Of a stretch of 64,000 nucleotides of DNA, positions 39,857 through 49,630 are shown piece after piece (the first letter of the stretch is position 1; each line of letters starts with the position of its first letter). The notes under the pieces are model-generated. The model did not search any database, had not been told where the DNA came from, and saw only the letters and a list, made by a program, of their open reading frames with translations. Source of the stretch: Phormidesmis sp. (lineage in GTDB: Bacteria; Cyanobacteriota; Cyanobacteriia; Leptolyngbyales; Leptolyngbyaceae); the NCBI GenBank assembly GCA_965248535.1, contig CBDFJR010000005.1, positions 64,001 to 128,000 on the forward strand, given 5' to 3'. Both the position numbers and the translations under genes were made by a program.

Positions 39857-40744
39857 TTACTGATTTTTCTCTAACCAACCTCTCAGTAGCGCTGTCACAG
39901 CCCCCGGTTGTTCGAGGTGGGCTAGCACGCCTGCTTGGGGTAAAACCTGAAAATCGCGCACAGCCTGCGGATTCAGTTGCGCCAACCGCTGCCCCAATGC
40001 TGCGGTGGTGAACTGCGCCGACTCTCCCCACAAAATCGACGTGGGCACCCTTAATTGAGACAAATAAAGGGACAGATCGAAATAAAGATCGCCGCGCAAA
40101 AATGCCAGGGCAGAATATTCGGCGTTGGGCTGTTGAGCAGAGTCTAAATAAGCTGCCACCATTTCATCGGTGATGCGAGTCCGATCGCTAAACAAAAACT
40201 GTTCTAAAAAGTTGCGGACGGCAATTTCATTCGTCGCGCCGATCGTGTAGATAAAGCGATCGAGCACAGGCGTATTAATAATTTGCAAAGGAATTCTGCG
40301 CCCTGCCCCTTGCCCAAAATCGTCAAACCCCGACGGGCAGACGAGATAAAGCGACTGAAAGAGCGCTGGTTTTTGCACCGCTAGCCGAATCGCGATCGCG
40401 CCCATCAGCGATGATGCCACCACGGTTACAGGCGAAGACGAAACTTGCTGGATCAGTTCGGCGATCGTGGTTAGATAATCTTCAACTCGATAGTCTCGCG
40501 TTGGGTGGGCAGAGTGACCCCAGCCGATCAAATCGGGGGCGATGACGCGATGGGTGTTGGCAAAAGCCGCATACACTTTTGACCATTCATAAGCCGACGA
40601 TCCGCCCCCAAAGCTGTGGAGAAACACAACAGTTGGCCGAGAATCGGCGATCGTCCACGGTGCCCCGGTTTGCGTGTAGTAAGCGATCGTGCCCAACGCA
40701 GTCGGACTATTTTTTTGACCAAAACCCGGTGGCTGAAATCCCAT
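39857..40744 (-). CDS. Alpha/beta-fold hydrolase
   Basis: VFLHSFGGGSSAYEW, APDLIGWG, ASSLMG, HLEQP. Confidence 0.88.
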   Translation of the reverse strand: MGFQPPGFGQKNSPTALGTIAYYTQTGAPWTIADSRPTVVFLHSFGGGSSAYEWSKVYAAFANTHRVIAPDLIGWGHSAHPTRDYRVEDYLTTIAELIQQVSSSPVTVVASSLMGAIAIRLAVQKPALFQSLYLVCPSGFDDFGQGAGRRIPLQIINTPVLDRFIYTIGATNEIAVRNFLEQFLFSDRTRITDEMVAAYLDSAQQPNAEYSALAFLRGDLYFDLSLYLSQLRVPTSILWGESAQFTTAALGQRLAQLNPQAVRDFQVLPQAGVLAHLEQPGAVTALLRGWLEKNQ

Positions 40745-40858
40745 GCTGCTCTATCACACTCTGCCTTTGGAGATTAACGCAGTTTTAGGGCAGAAGATCA
40801 TCGCTCGATCGCTAGATTCGTTAAGCTGAAGATCGTTTAGTTCGACGAGGACAAGCAA

Positions 40859-41524
40859 ATGGCTCAATGGGATGCAGGTCGATTTGTGCAAACCCTGGCA
40901 TACTTTGAGGTGATTCCTCTGATTAGCTGGCTGCAAAAAATGTTTCAAAGCGGCACTCCTGCTCAACCCAATCCCCAATCAGACGTGCTGTTTGACTTTA
41001 GCAATCCGTCGGGCACGATTAATTTGTGGGGAGCTTTAGACGATGTGGTGATGGGCGGCGTAAGCGCCAGTTCGTTTCAGCAGGGCGATCGGGCGGCGCT
41101 GTTTACGGGCAATGTCTCGACTGAGAATTCGGGGGGGTTTGCCTCGGTTCGGACTCGCAACTTTGAGCCTGCGGTGGATCTTTCGGGCTGCGAAGGCATT
41201 GAACTGCGCGTTAAGGGCGATGGCAACCGCTATAAGTTTCTCGCCCGTGATGATGAGAAGTGGGATAGCATCGCCTATTCCTACTCGTTTGACACCGTGG
41301 CCGATGAGTGGATCACGGTTAACATCCCGTTTTCAGAATTGGTTCCGGCTTTTCGGGCAAAAACGCTGAAAGATGCCAGCCCGATCGCGCCCCAACATCT
41401 CCGATCGCTGCAACTGATGCTGAGTAAATTTGAGTATGACGGAGGACTCAATCCCAAATTTACTCCCGGCACGTTTCGCTTATACGTCTCGACCATCAAG
41501 GCCTACCGCAGTTTTAACGGTTAG
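40859..41524 (+). CDS. CIA30 family protein (complex I intermediate-associated protein 30)
   Basis: WGALDDVVMGGVS, ENSGGFASVR, LRVKGDG, MLSKFEYDG.LNPKF. Confidence 0.9.
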   Translation: MAQWDAGRFVQTLAYFEVIPLISWLQKMFQSGTPAQPNPQSDVLFDFSNPSGTINLWGALDDVVMGGVSASSFQQGDRAALFTGNVSTENSGGFASVRTRNFEPAVDLSGCEGIELRVKGDGNRYKFLARDDEKWDSIAYSYSFDTVADEWITVNIPFSELVPAFRAKTLKDASPIAPQHLRSLQLMLSKFEYDGGLNPKFTPGTFRLYVSTIKAYRSFNG

Positions 41525-42317
41525 ACCCCTTCGGGCGATTCATTCCTTGAGCGATGGCTTCTGCTATCCCAGCTTCTTGAAAGCAAATGGCAAACATCTG
41601 CACAGAGTCAAGGGTTGGGACAATTTTTTTGGTTTGCGTGGTGCTCATTCCGGGTGCTGTACAAAAATTGCTCGTGACAGCAGCATACTCGTCCGGCGTT
41701 CCGATCAAGTTCTCAAACTTGGTAGGGTTTTGGAGAAAGGGCCGCGATCGCTGCAAAATCCGATCCGCTAAATAGCTAGCAGATTGAGTAGAGCCTTTGG
41801 GCAAAAGACCTGGCTTAACAGCCGTGATAGCGACAAAACCCTGCACGAGTTGTCGGAGCTTGCCGCTTGCTTCCAAAGAGTTAACAACGGTGGTAAGCAT
41901 TTCGGGCTTATAGTTAGCATTCGATTTCACCCCCACTTGAAACCCCAGCAGAAGACCAGCAGTTTCAAAGTCTGTCAAAGTGCTGACATACGTCGTGAAT
42001 TTTACTGGAGATTTGCGCCAACCGTTGCCGCAGATGATCGAGCCATCACGATCGGCTCCTGCCGCTAGATTGACCCCTCCCTGTTTTATACAAGCATTGA
42101 GAGTGGCTTGAATGTCGGGCGAAAACATCTGATCTAACTTCTGTTCGGCTGAAAGCGCTGATGATTGAGTGGGCTTTGCAACCGCAACACTTCCGAGAAA
42201 AGAGGCGATAGACAGTGACCCTAAGATTATGGCTAGAGAGACTCTGACGGGCAGGCTTGACGATCGGGCAGACTTGACAAAATTCACGGTCTGTTGGGCA
42301 GCGATTGAGAAACTCAT
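41514..42317 (-). CDS. Secreted hypothetical protein
   Basis: 267-aa ORF with hydrophobic signal-like segment and four cysteines. Confidence 0.65.
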   Translation of the reverse strand: MSFSIAAQQTVNFVKSARSSSLPVRVSLAIILGSLSIASFLGSVAVAKPTQSSALSAEQKLDQMFSPDIQATLNACIKQGGVNLAAGADRDGSIICGNGWRKSPVKFTTYVSTLTDFETAGLLLGFQVGVKSNANYKPEMLTTVVNSLEASGKLRQLVQGFVAITAVKPGLLPKGSTQSASYLADRILQRSRPFLQNPTKFENLIGTPDEYAAVTSNFCTAPGMSTTQTKKIVPTLDSVQMFAICFQEAGIAEAIAQGMNRPKGSNR

Positions 42318-42494
42318 AGCGTAAAATGCAGTGACATAAAGAACCTTATCCGCATCATACTGAGTAACTGATAGGACGTGCTTGCGTATTGTTCGTTAAG
42401 TGATGGGCGGCGATCGGTTCCCTCATCGCTTGCCCCAATCCCCTGCCCTCAGTAAAATGCCAGTGCTACCTTTGCCAAAACTGCCGCCCTTCCC

Positions 42495-43784
42495 TTGCAA
42501 TATTTTCAGCCGCTCATTCCCCATCTCAAGCTAGAGCCTAATAATTTAGAACTCAATCACCTGCGCGTCGAAGACAAAACCGCCCACCATTGGTATCGGT
42601 TTATTTTGTCGTTTCCGCCGCATTTGGTGCAAGATTATCTAGAAAAATTTGGGGTGAATGAGTCCCATCAGGTTCTCGACCCATTTTGCGGAACGGGCAC
42701 CACCGTGGTGGAATGCAAAAAGCGCGGCGTTTCCAGTGTGGGCGTTGAAGCCAACCCGATGGCGTGGTTTGCCTCAATGGTGAAACTCGATTGGAGCGTT
42801 GACCCCGACGAACTGCTGCGCCACGCGGCTCAAGTTGCGATCGCCACAGAAACGCTGCTCGATCGGGTCGATGATCCCCTCCAAACCCTGCCCGCAGACA
42901 GCTATAATCTGCTGCTCAAAAACTCCATCAGTCCTTTGCCGCTCCACAAATCGCTGGTGCTGTTAGCGCAAATTAACCAGCACTCCGAGTCACCGTTTTA
43001 TCGTCACGAACGGTTGGCATTGGCGAAAGCGCTAGTGTTTTCGATTAGCAATCTGCATTTTGGCCCCGAAGTCGGCATTGGCAAAGCCAAACCCGATGCT
43101 CAAGTCGTTGACTCGTGGCTAGAAGGAGTCGGAGCGATCGCCCAAGATCTCCGCTATCTCAAAACGCTAGCCAACCCTAGCGCGATCGTTCACCATGCCG
43201 ATTCTCGTCAACTGGCTCGCGTCTTAAAACCCAACTCGATCGATGCGGTGATCACTTCTCCGCCCTACCCCAACGAAAAAGACTACACGCGCACCACCCG
43301 TTTAGAATCTGTGATTTTGGGCTTTATCACCGACAAAGCAGACCTAAGAACCCTCAAAAAAGGCTTGATGCGATCGAACTCTCGCAATGTTTATAAAACC
43401 GACGACGACGATCGCTGGGTTGCCGATCATGTCGAAATTCAGCGCATCGCCAACGAAATCGAAGCCAAACGCATCGAACTCGGCAAAACCAGCGGCTTTG
43501 AGCGAGCTTATGCTAGAGCCACGCGACTCTATTTTGGCGGCATGGCCAGACATCTATCCGAGTTGCGCCTTGTCTTGCGGCCGGGTGCCCAGCTTGCTTA
43601 TGTGGTCGGCGATCAAGCTTCTTATTTGCGCGTCATGATTCGCACAGGCACCCTTTTGGCAGACATTGCCAAATCTCTGGGCTATGAAGTCGTCAGCATT
43701 GATCTATTTCGGACTCGATTAGCCACCGTTACCAAAGAACAGTTGCGGGAAGAAGTTGTCGTTTTGCGCTGGTCAGGCAATTAG
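42495..43784 (+). CDS. Orphan amino-DNA methyltransferase (probable N4-cytosine, alpha motif order)
   Basis: Motif I VLDPFCGTGTT precedes motif IV ITSPPY; no restriction endonuclease nearby. Confidence 0.85.
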   Translation: MQYFQPLIPHLKLEPNNLELNHLRVEDKTAHHWYRFILSFPPHLVQDYLEKFGVNESHQVLDPFCGTGTTVVECKKRGVSSVGVEANPMAWFASMVKLDWSVDPDELLRHAAQVAIATETLLDRVDDPLQTLPADSYNLLLKNSISPLPLHKSLVLLAQINQHSESPFYRHERLALAKALVFSISNLHFGPEVGIGKAKPDAQVVDSWLEGVGAIAQDLRYLKTLANPSAIVHHADSRQLARVLKPNSIDAVITSPPYPNEKDYTRTTRLESVILGFITDKADLRTLKKGLMRSNSRNVYKTDDDDRWVADHVEIQRIANEIEAKRIELGKTSGFERAYARATRLYFGGMARHLSELRLVLRPGAQLAYVVGDQASYLRVMIRTGTLLADIAKSLGYEVVSIDLFRTRLATVTKEQLREEVVVLRWSGN

Positions 43785-43894
43785 AGCGTGAATAAAGATC
43801 ACGAGCAAGATTGGGAAAATGCCCATTTCTGGTGTAGTCACTCAATGGCAATGGCTATACGATCGCGCTAATCGTCAATCTACTGGAGTTCGTA

Positions 43895-45808
43895 ATGTCT
43901 CAATCCCTTCAGCAACAGCAAGGTCACTATCGCTATGACCCGACTCAAATCAGTCAAGCTGCCCCGGCTCGCATCTTTCCTCACGCTGGAGAAGACGGAG
44001 CATTACGATATATCTTGTCTGAGCTACGCCGCAATTTGCTAGAAGGAGGGCGACTGTCTGCCCCGCTGACGTGGGCCCTAGAGCAGATTGAATCGGGGGA
44101 TCACACCCTGCATGAAACCTGGTTAAAGCTGACCACGCTGCTGGTCGATCTCAAAATTTTTCAGTCGGATGTATTTAACTTTGATTTGCCGTCAAATGAG
44201 CAGTTTGACAGCGAGTTTGTGCGGCTGCGGCGCAAGATGGGAGCAGCCCTAACTGATGCAGAAAAAGCAGCCAAAAAAGTTGATGGTCATCAGCCAGATC
44301 TTGATCAAGCCCAACGCCTCCAATTTTATCAAACCCTAGAAGAGCACGGACGATCGCGCCCCAAAATAGTCAAAATCCACGATCGAGACGGCGGATTGAG
44401 CGATCGTGAGTTTGCGCGTCAGCGTCTCGCCGGGCCCAACCCCACCTCCTTAGAGCGAGTTAGCGATCGGGCAGATTTAGCCGATTGGCCTCATGATCAG
44501 GTGTGCGCTACGTCAAGCGGAACCTCGGTGACCTTAGAAGAGGCGGCCCATCAAAATCGCTTGTTTCGATTAGAGTATCCCTACCTGCAATTTGCGCCCG
44601 CAGAGTTGCAGTGTGGTCGCTATGTAGGCAGCCCTAAAACGCTGTTTTATCGAGGAGACCACGGGCTAGAGCCGCTCTTAATTCAGCTAGTGGCAGGTGA
44701 AAAAACCTACACGCCCGCCCACAATGCCGACGACTGGATGCGGGCAAAACTGTTTGTCCAGGTGGCAGACATCACCCAACACGAGCTATTGACGCATCTG
44801 TGCTACACCCACCTGTCCATGGAAGCTTTCGCGATCGCCACTCCTCGCCGCCTGCCCTCTAACCACCCTGTTTATCGACTGCTCAAACCACACTTTAGAT
44901 TTTTGCTGGCCATCAACACGCGAGGCAACGACATTTTGCTGGGTCACGGAGCCGCGATCGACGCGCTCATGGCTCCAACTCGTGCCGCCTCGATCGCCGT
45001 GATGAATCGAGCTTATCGCGATCGTCCGTTTGAGTCCTATGGGCTGCCAACCGACCTCAAACATCGGGGCGTAGAGGCTGAGTTTCTGTCCGATTATCCC
45101 TATCGCGACGATGCCCAACTGCTGTGGGACGCGATCGCTCGCTACGGGACAGCTTATTTGCAGCGCTACTATAAAGACGATTTCGCCGTTCAGCAGGACT
45201 CAGATTTGCAAGCTTGGGCCGCAGAACTAGGCGCACCTCTAAACACGCGATCGCGAGATGAATTTGCTCAAGCCCCTGACTGGGTTTCTCCAGAGATTGC
45301 CGCTCAAGCGGGGTTGTCTCTCGACGAGTTGCCAGACTATCCGAGAGTGCCAGGATTTCCGACCATTCAAAATCCGGGGACGATCGCCACTTTGCAGCAA
45401 CTCATTGATGCCACCACGCAGATTATTTTTACGTGCAGCGCTCAACACGCGGCGGTGAATTTTAGCCAGTTTGATTATTTTGGCTATGTTCCCAATGCGC
45501 CCCTCGCGGCCTACACCCAGCCAGATGTTTCTGCGTCGCTTCAAGAAATGCTGCCCAAACCCGCGCAAGATCTCGCCCAGATGCAGCTAACCTTTGCTCT
45601 GAGCGGCATTCTTTGGAGTCGATTGGGCAGTGACGAGATGATGCAGTTTGTGGATCAGGGCGATCGGGCAATTTTGCGACAATTTCAGGCTGATCTTCAG
45701 ACGATCGAGACTGAGATTCAAGCCCGCAATCGACAGCGCGATCGCGATACCGGAATCGATTACCCCTACCTGCTGCCGTCTCGAATTCCCAACAGCATCA
45801 ACATCTAG
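43895..45808 (+). CDS. Lipoxygenase
   Basis: FARQRLAGPNP, W..AK, HELLTHLCYTH, LLKPHF, YPYRDDA, HAAVNF, C-terminal PNSINI (iron ligands intact). Confidence 0.95.
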   Translation: MSQSLQQQQGHYRYDPTQISQAAPARIFPHAGEDGALRYILSELRRNLLEGGRLSAPLTWALEQIESGDHTLHETWLKLTTLLVDLKIFQSDVFNFDLPSNEQFDSEFVRLRRKMGAALTDAEKAAKKVDGHQPDLDQAQRLQFYQTLEEHGRSRPKIVKIHDRDGGLSDREFARQRLAGPNPTSLERVSDRADLADWPHDQVCATSSGTSVTLEEAAHQNRLFRLEYPYLQFAPAELQCGRYVGSPKTLFYRGDHGLEPLLIQLVAGEKTYTPAHNADDWMRAKLFVQVADITQHELLTHLCYTHLSMEAFAIATPRRLPSNHPVYRLLKPHFRFLLAINTRGNDILLGHGAAIDALMAPTRAASIAVMNRAYRDRPFESYGLPTDLKHRGVEAEFLSDYPYRDDAQLLWDAIARYGTAYLQRYYKDDFAVQQDSDLQAWAAELGAPLNTRSRDEFAQAPDWVSPEIAAQAGLSLDELPDYPRVPGFPTIQNPGTIATLQQLIDATTQIIFTCSAQHAAVNFSQFDYFGYVPNAPLAAYTQPDVSASLQEMLPKPAQDLAQMQLTFALSGILWSRLGSDEMMQFVDQGDRAILRQFQADLQTIETEIQARNRQRDRDTGIDYPYLLPSRIPNSINI

Positions 45809-45821
45809 CCAAGAGCAGCTT

Positions 45822-47195
45822 CTAGAGATTGCTTTCAATCAATTCTCGATATTGGCTCTTTTGCTTTACGCCTTTGACCTCGGCAACCATGCCTTTGTGC
45901 TTAAAGAATTGAATCGTAGGAGTGCCCATCACCCCAGCCGATTCAGCAATGTCGGGGTCTTTGTCGATGTCAATTTCGACGAAGTGAATGCGACCGTTAA
46001 ACTCATCGACGACTTTGTTTAAAATCGGCTTGAGCGTGTGGCAGGGGCCGCAGTTAGGCGAAACATATTTGACCATGATTAGGCGATCGCTCTCGTGATA
46101 GAGCTTTCTCAAGGCCAGTCCGCCTTCATGACGAGTCTCAGCCAGATCAAACTCAGCAGAGGGGACGTGGGCTTCAACTGAGTGCGCTGCTATCTCTTCT
46201 TCAGCCGATTTTTGGGCCTCGGTTTTGCCGAATTCCTGCACCAACCCGTTAAACGATAGCCAGCGCTCGGCTAGCATCGCCGCCATACATCCCGTCCCAG
46301 CGGCGCTGATGGCTTGCCGAAATTCGTGGTCTTGCACATCTCCGGCCGCAAACACGCCTTCAATGCTGGTTTCGACTGACCCGTGCTGAGTGACGATATA
46401 GCCAACGTCATCGAGATCTAGCTGACCTTTAAAGAGAGAAGTGTTGGGAGTGTGCCCGATCGCATAAAACAAGCCTTTGGCATCAATGACGCTTTCTGTC
46501 TCGGTTTGAGTGTTTTTGACTTTCACGCCCGTCATGTGTTCATCGTTGCCTACCACGTCGATCGGTTCTGTGTTCCAATGCACCGTGATTCTAGGATTGG
46601 CTAAGACGCGATCTTGCATGGCTTTGCTGGCGCGCATTTTGTCCGTTCTGACGATCATGTGAACGTGATCGCCATATTTCGTTAAGTAAATTGATTCTTC
46701 GGCGGCGGTGTCGCCTCCCCCAATCACAACCAAGCTGGCCCCGCGAAACAGGGGCGTTGCACCATCGCAAATGGCACAGGCTGAGATGCCTCGGCTCCAA
46801 AACTGAGCTTCGCAGGGCAGCCCTAGTCGTTTTGCAGTGGCACCTGTGGCGATCACAACGCTATGGGCTAACACTTCACGATCGTCAGATTTGATCACAA
46901 AAGGACGCTGACTTAAATCGATCGAGGTGACATCTTCCATGTGAAGCTCAGTCCCCCAGCGCACTGCCTGCGCTTTCATTCGATCCATCAGTTGTGGGCC
47001 GGTGATGCCTTCAGGAAAGCCGGGAAAGTTTTCAACTTCGGTGGTGGTCATCAGTTGACCGCCGGGCAGCCCTCCCGCTTGAAAACCTTCAAACATTAGG
47101 GGCTTGAGGTTTGCGCGACCTGCATAAATAGCCGCCGTATAGCCAGCCGGGCCTGAGCCAATAATGACTAAATTTTCTACGGTTGGGTTTGCCAT
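45822..47195 (-). CDS. ntrC: NADPH-thioredoxin reductase C (TrxB fused to thioredoxin)
   Basis: [26 protein letters not shown]-terminal thioredoxin with CGPC. Confidence 0.95.
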   Translation of the reverse strand: MANPTVENLVIIGSGPAGYTAAIYAGRANLKPLMFEGFQAGGLPGGQLMTTTEVENFPGFPEGITGPQLMDRMKAQAVRWGTELHMEDVTSIDLSQRPFVIKSDDREVLAHSVVIATGATAKRLGLPCEAQFWSRGISACAICDGATPLFRGASLVVIGGGDTAAEESIYLTKYGDHVHMIVRTDKMRASKAMQDRVLANPRITVHWNTEPIDVVGNDEHMTGVKVKNTQTETESVIDAKGLFYAIGHTPNTSLFKGQLDLDDVGYIVTQHGSVETSIEGVFAAGDVQDHEFRQAISAAGTGCMAAMLAERWLSFNGLVQEFGKTEAQKSAEEEIAAHSVEAHVPSAEFDLAETRHEGGLALRKLYHESDRLIMVKYVSPNCGPCHTLKPILNKVVDEFNGRIHFVEIDIDKDPDIAESAGVMGTPTIQFFKHKGMVAEVKGVKQKSQYRELIESNL

Positions 47196-47281
47196 AGGAA
47201 TAATACAAACTCATAACGACTACGACTAGTATAATACAAAACGGTGAGTTCTAGTCAAACAAGTCATGATTTTCGCTGGTT

Positions 47282-47518
47282 TTAGCCAAAGGCAAACACT
47301 TGAATATTCATGGACTTAATAGGCTCTGCTTCTCCGTGCAGCATCCGGCGAATTTTTTCGGTGGTTTCACGGCTAAAGGTTAGCTCCTGACATCGCGAAC
47401 AAACCTGAACGGGGATTCCTTCTACTAAGACGGGGTTGCCGTCGATCAAAAAGACCTCATCGACGTGTTCCAGATGCGCTTGATTTGAGCCACAAATATG
47501 ACAGTGAAACATGGTCAT
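47282..47518 (-). CDS. YgiT-type zinc-finger protein (MqsA-like antitoxin)
   Basis: CHICG...VLVEGIPVQVCSRCQE.TFSRET; overlaps DUF4258 stop. Confidence 0.85.
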   Translation of the reverse strand: MTMFHCHICGSNQAHLEHVDEVFLIDGNPVLVEGIPVQVCSRCQELTFSRETTEKIRRMLHGEAEPIKSMNIQVFAFG

Positions 47519-47823
47519 TTCCTCTGTAAGTATTCAGTCCATTGGGTTTCGTCAGGCTCATATAAAGTAATAATCTTCAACAGACTAGAATTAGCCAGCG
47601 AAACTTGAATATGAAGAGGGCGATCGCTTCGCGTAAAACCCAGAAGTAGGCAACTAGGTGAATATTTATCGTCAGAGTACTCTTCTATGATGTCTACACT
47701 TTCTCCTGCTTGTCTGATTTCTAAATCACTGATGTTGCGTTCGATCGCTCGTTTAAACGCATGGCGACTAAATTCAAACTCTCCAAGGCAAAGGTGCTGA
47801 CGTATTTCTGCTAAAGATTTCAT
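47515..47823 (-). CDS. DUF4258-domain protein (putative toxin)
   Basis: FSRHAFKR...IIEEYSDDKYSPSCLLLG...RPLHIQ...IITLYEPD..W. Confidence 0.88.
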   Translation of the reverse strand: MKSLAEIRQHLCLGEFEFSRHAFKRAIERNISDLEIRQAGESVDIIEEYSDDKYSPSCLLLGFTRSDRPLHIQVSLANSSLLKIITLYEPDETQWTEYLQRK

Positions 47824-48116
47824 AGATAACGTTCGCGGATCTCAGCACTTAAAGATTTAATATTGCAGGATTTGGAACCTCCTTGCGATCGTGATGTCTG
47901 AGCTTTACTGTCTAAAATCTTCGAGCAAACCTGCTGATCAATCGTTCGAGCCAAGCTTTGTGGGGCCCGATCGCCCCTGTCAATCCCTATCAGATCGAGC
48001 GTTTCAGAAATCAGGAAAGATTTTAGACGGGAGTGATATGAAAGCGAACTGAACTGGGCAAGTTAAGTTCAGCGTTAGAAGCACATCAACCCGCACCTTT
48101 AGGAGACATTCTTTCC

Positions 48117-48647
48117 ATGAAATCTGAACTCAAAGCCAAGTTTCTGCAACACCTCGCTGGCAAAAAGAAAGATCAAGGCTTCACCCTGATCGAGTTGCTG
48201 GTTGTTATCATCATCATCGGCATTCTGTCGGCGATCGCCCTGCCTTCGTTCTTGAACCAAGCCAACAAAGCCAAGCAGTCTGAGTCTAAGCAATATGTCG
48301 GCACCCTCAACCGGGTTCAGCAGTCCTACTACTTAGAGAAAGGCAAGTTTGCCTCTGACCTGACCTCGTTGGCTAACCCGGTGCCGTCGCAGACTGATAA
48401 CTACGCTTACACCTTCGCCACGACTACCAGCACAGTGGTCAATTCAGGCACCTCCAGCAAGCCCGCCATCAAGTCTTATGTGGGCATGGTCGCGATTTCA
48501 GTTGTGACGGCGAGCAGCGACGCAACCACCACCGCTGTTTTGTGTGAAGCCAACACCCCCGGAGCAACCGCCGCAACCGCACCGACTGCACCTGCTGCTG
48601 GAACGGCTGCCAGACCCACCTGCGATCCCAGCACAACCGCGCTGTAA
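48117..48647 (+). CDS. pilA: Type IV pilin (PilA-like), copy 1
   Basis: Prepilin cleavage G/FTLIELLVVIIIIGILSAIALP; C-terminal Cys pair; AGGAG RBS. Confidence 0.93.
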   Translation: MKSELKAKFLQHLAGKKKDQGFTLIELLVVIIIIGILSAIALPSFLNQANKAKQSESKQYVGTLNRVQQSYYLEKGKFASDLTSLANPVPSQTDNYAYTFATTTSTVVNSGTSSKPAIKSYVGMVAISVVTASSDATTTAVLCEANTPGATAATAPTAPAAGTAARPTCDPSTTAL

Positions 48648-48674
48648 TAGTCTAGACTGAGCGCTTTTAGAGAG

Positions 48675-48707
48675 TGAGTGGATAGCAATCTATCCACTCA
48701 TTTTTTT
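48675..48707 (+). terminator. Terminator after pilin copy 1
   Basis: TGAGTGGATAG-CAAT-CTATCCACTCA followed by T7. Confidence 0.85.
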
Positions 48708-48960
48708 GCGTGTTCCGCCACGCTGTCTTGGGGTCAAACTAGACCAAACCTTTAGAAAATGCGCTCAAGCTGCCCAGCTTTATGAACCTGCGATCGAGTT
48801 CAATCTAGCAGAACCCTCTTACTTATTTAATACTTAAGCCAATTGCTACTCATATTAAGGTGAAGAGGCTTTAAAGCCCGACCTGAAAGCGAACTGCACT
48901 GATAGGCTCAGTTTAGTGTTGAAAGTATATCAACCCGCATCTTTAGGAGATATTCTTTTC

Positions 48961-49491
48961 ATGAAATCTGAACTCAAAGCCAAGTTTCTGCAACACCTCG
49001 CTGGCAAAAAGAAAGATCAAGGCTTCACCCTGATCGAGTTGCTGGTTGTTATCATCATCATCGGCATTCTGTCGGCGATCGCCCTGCCTTCGTTCTTGAA
49101 CCAAGCCAACAAAGCCAAGCAGTCTGAGTCTAAGCAATATGTCGGCACCCTCAACCGCGTTCAACAGTCCTACTACTTAGAGAAAGGCAAGTTTGCCTCT
49201 GACCTGACCTCGTTGGCCAACCCGGTGCCGTCGCAGACTGATAACTACGCTTATTCCTTTACTACGGCTGCCGACACAGTGGTCAATTCAGGCACCTCCA
49301 GCAAGCCCGCCATCAAGTCTTATGTGGGCATGGTCGCGATTTCAGTTGTGACCGCCAGCAGCGACGCAACCACTACGGCTGTTTTGTGTGAAGCCAACAC
49401 GCCAGGTGCAAATCCAGCAACCCCCCCGACTGCGCCCGCAGCAAACACGGCTGACAGACCCACCTGCGATCCCAGCACCACGGCGCTATAG
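48961..49491 (+). CDS. pilA: Type IV pilin (PilA-like), copy 2
   Basis: Same 176-aa length and identical N-terminal half as copy 1; own RBS. Confidence 0.93.
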   Translation: MKSELKAKFLQHLAGKKKDQGFTLIELLVVIIIIGILSAIALPSFLNQANKAKQSESKQYVGTLNRVQQSYYLEKGKFASDLTSLANPVPSQTDNYAYSFTTAADTVVNSGTSSKPAIKSYVGMVAISVVTASSDATTTAVLCEANTPGANPATPPTAPAANTADRPTCDPSTTAL

Positions 49492-49531
49492 AAGTCTGGA
49501 TTTAAACCCTAACATTCAAAATTTTGGGAAG

Positions 49532-49563
49532 TGGGTGGATAAGCGGCTATCCACTCATTTTTT
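49532..49563 (+). terminator. Terminator after pilin copy 2
   Basis: TGGGTGGATA-AGCGGC-TATCCACTCA followed by T6. Confidence 0.8.
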
Positions 49564-49630
49564 GTGTGTTACACCGCTTTGTCTTGCGTCCATACTAGAG
49601 CAAACCTTTCAGTCCTAAGCCCCCACGACG

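Noticed and set aside
41514..43784. Complete restriction-modification pair
   Set aside because: The methyltransferase neighbours are a secreted protein and a lipoxygenase; no endonuclease candidate.
48117..49491. Diversity-generating retroelement TR/VR pair in the pilin copies
   Set aside because: Differences involve all bases rather than adenines only, both copies are full genes, and no reverse transcriptase is present.
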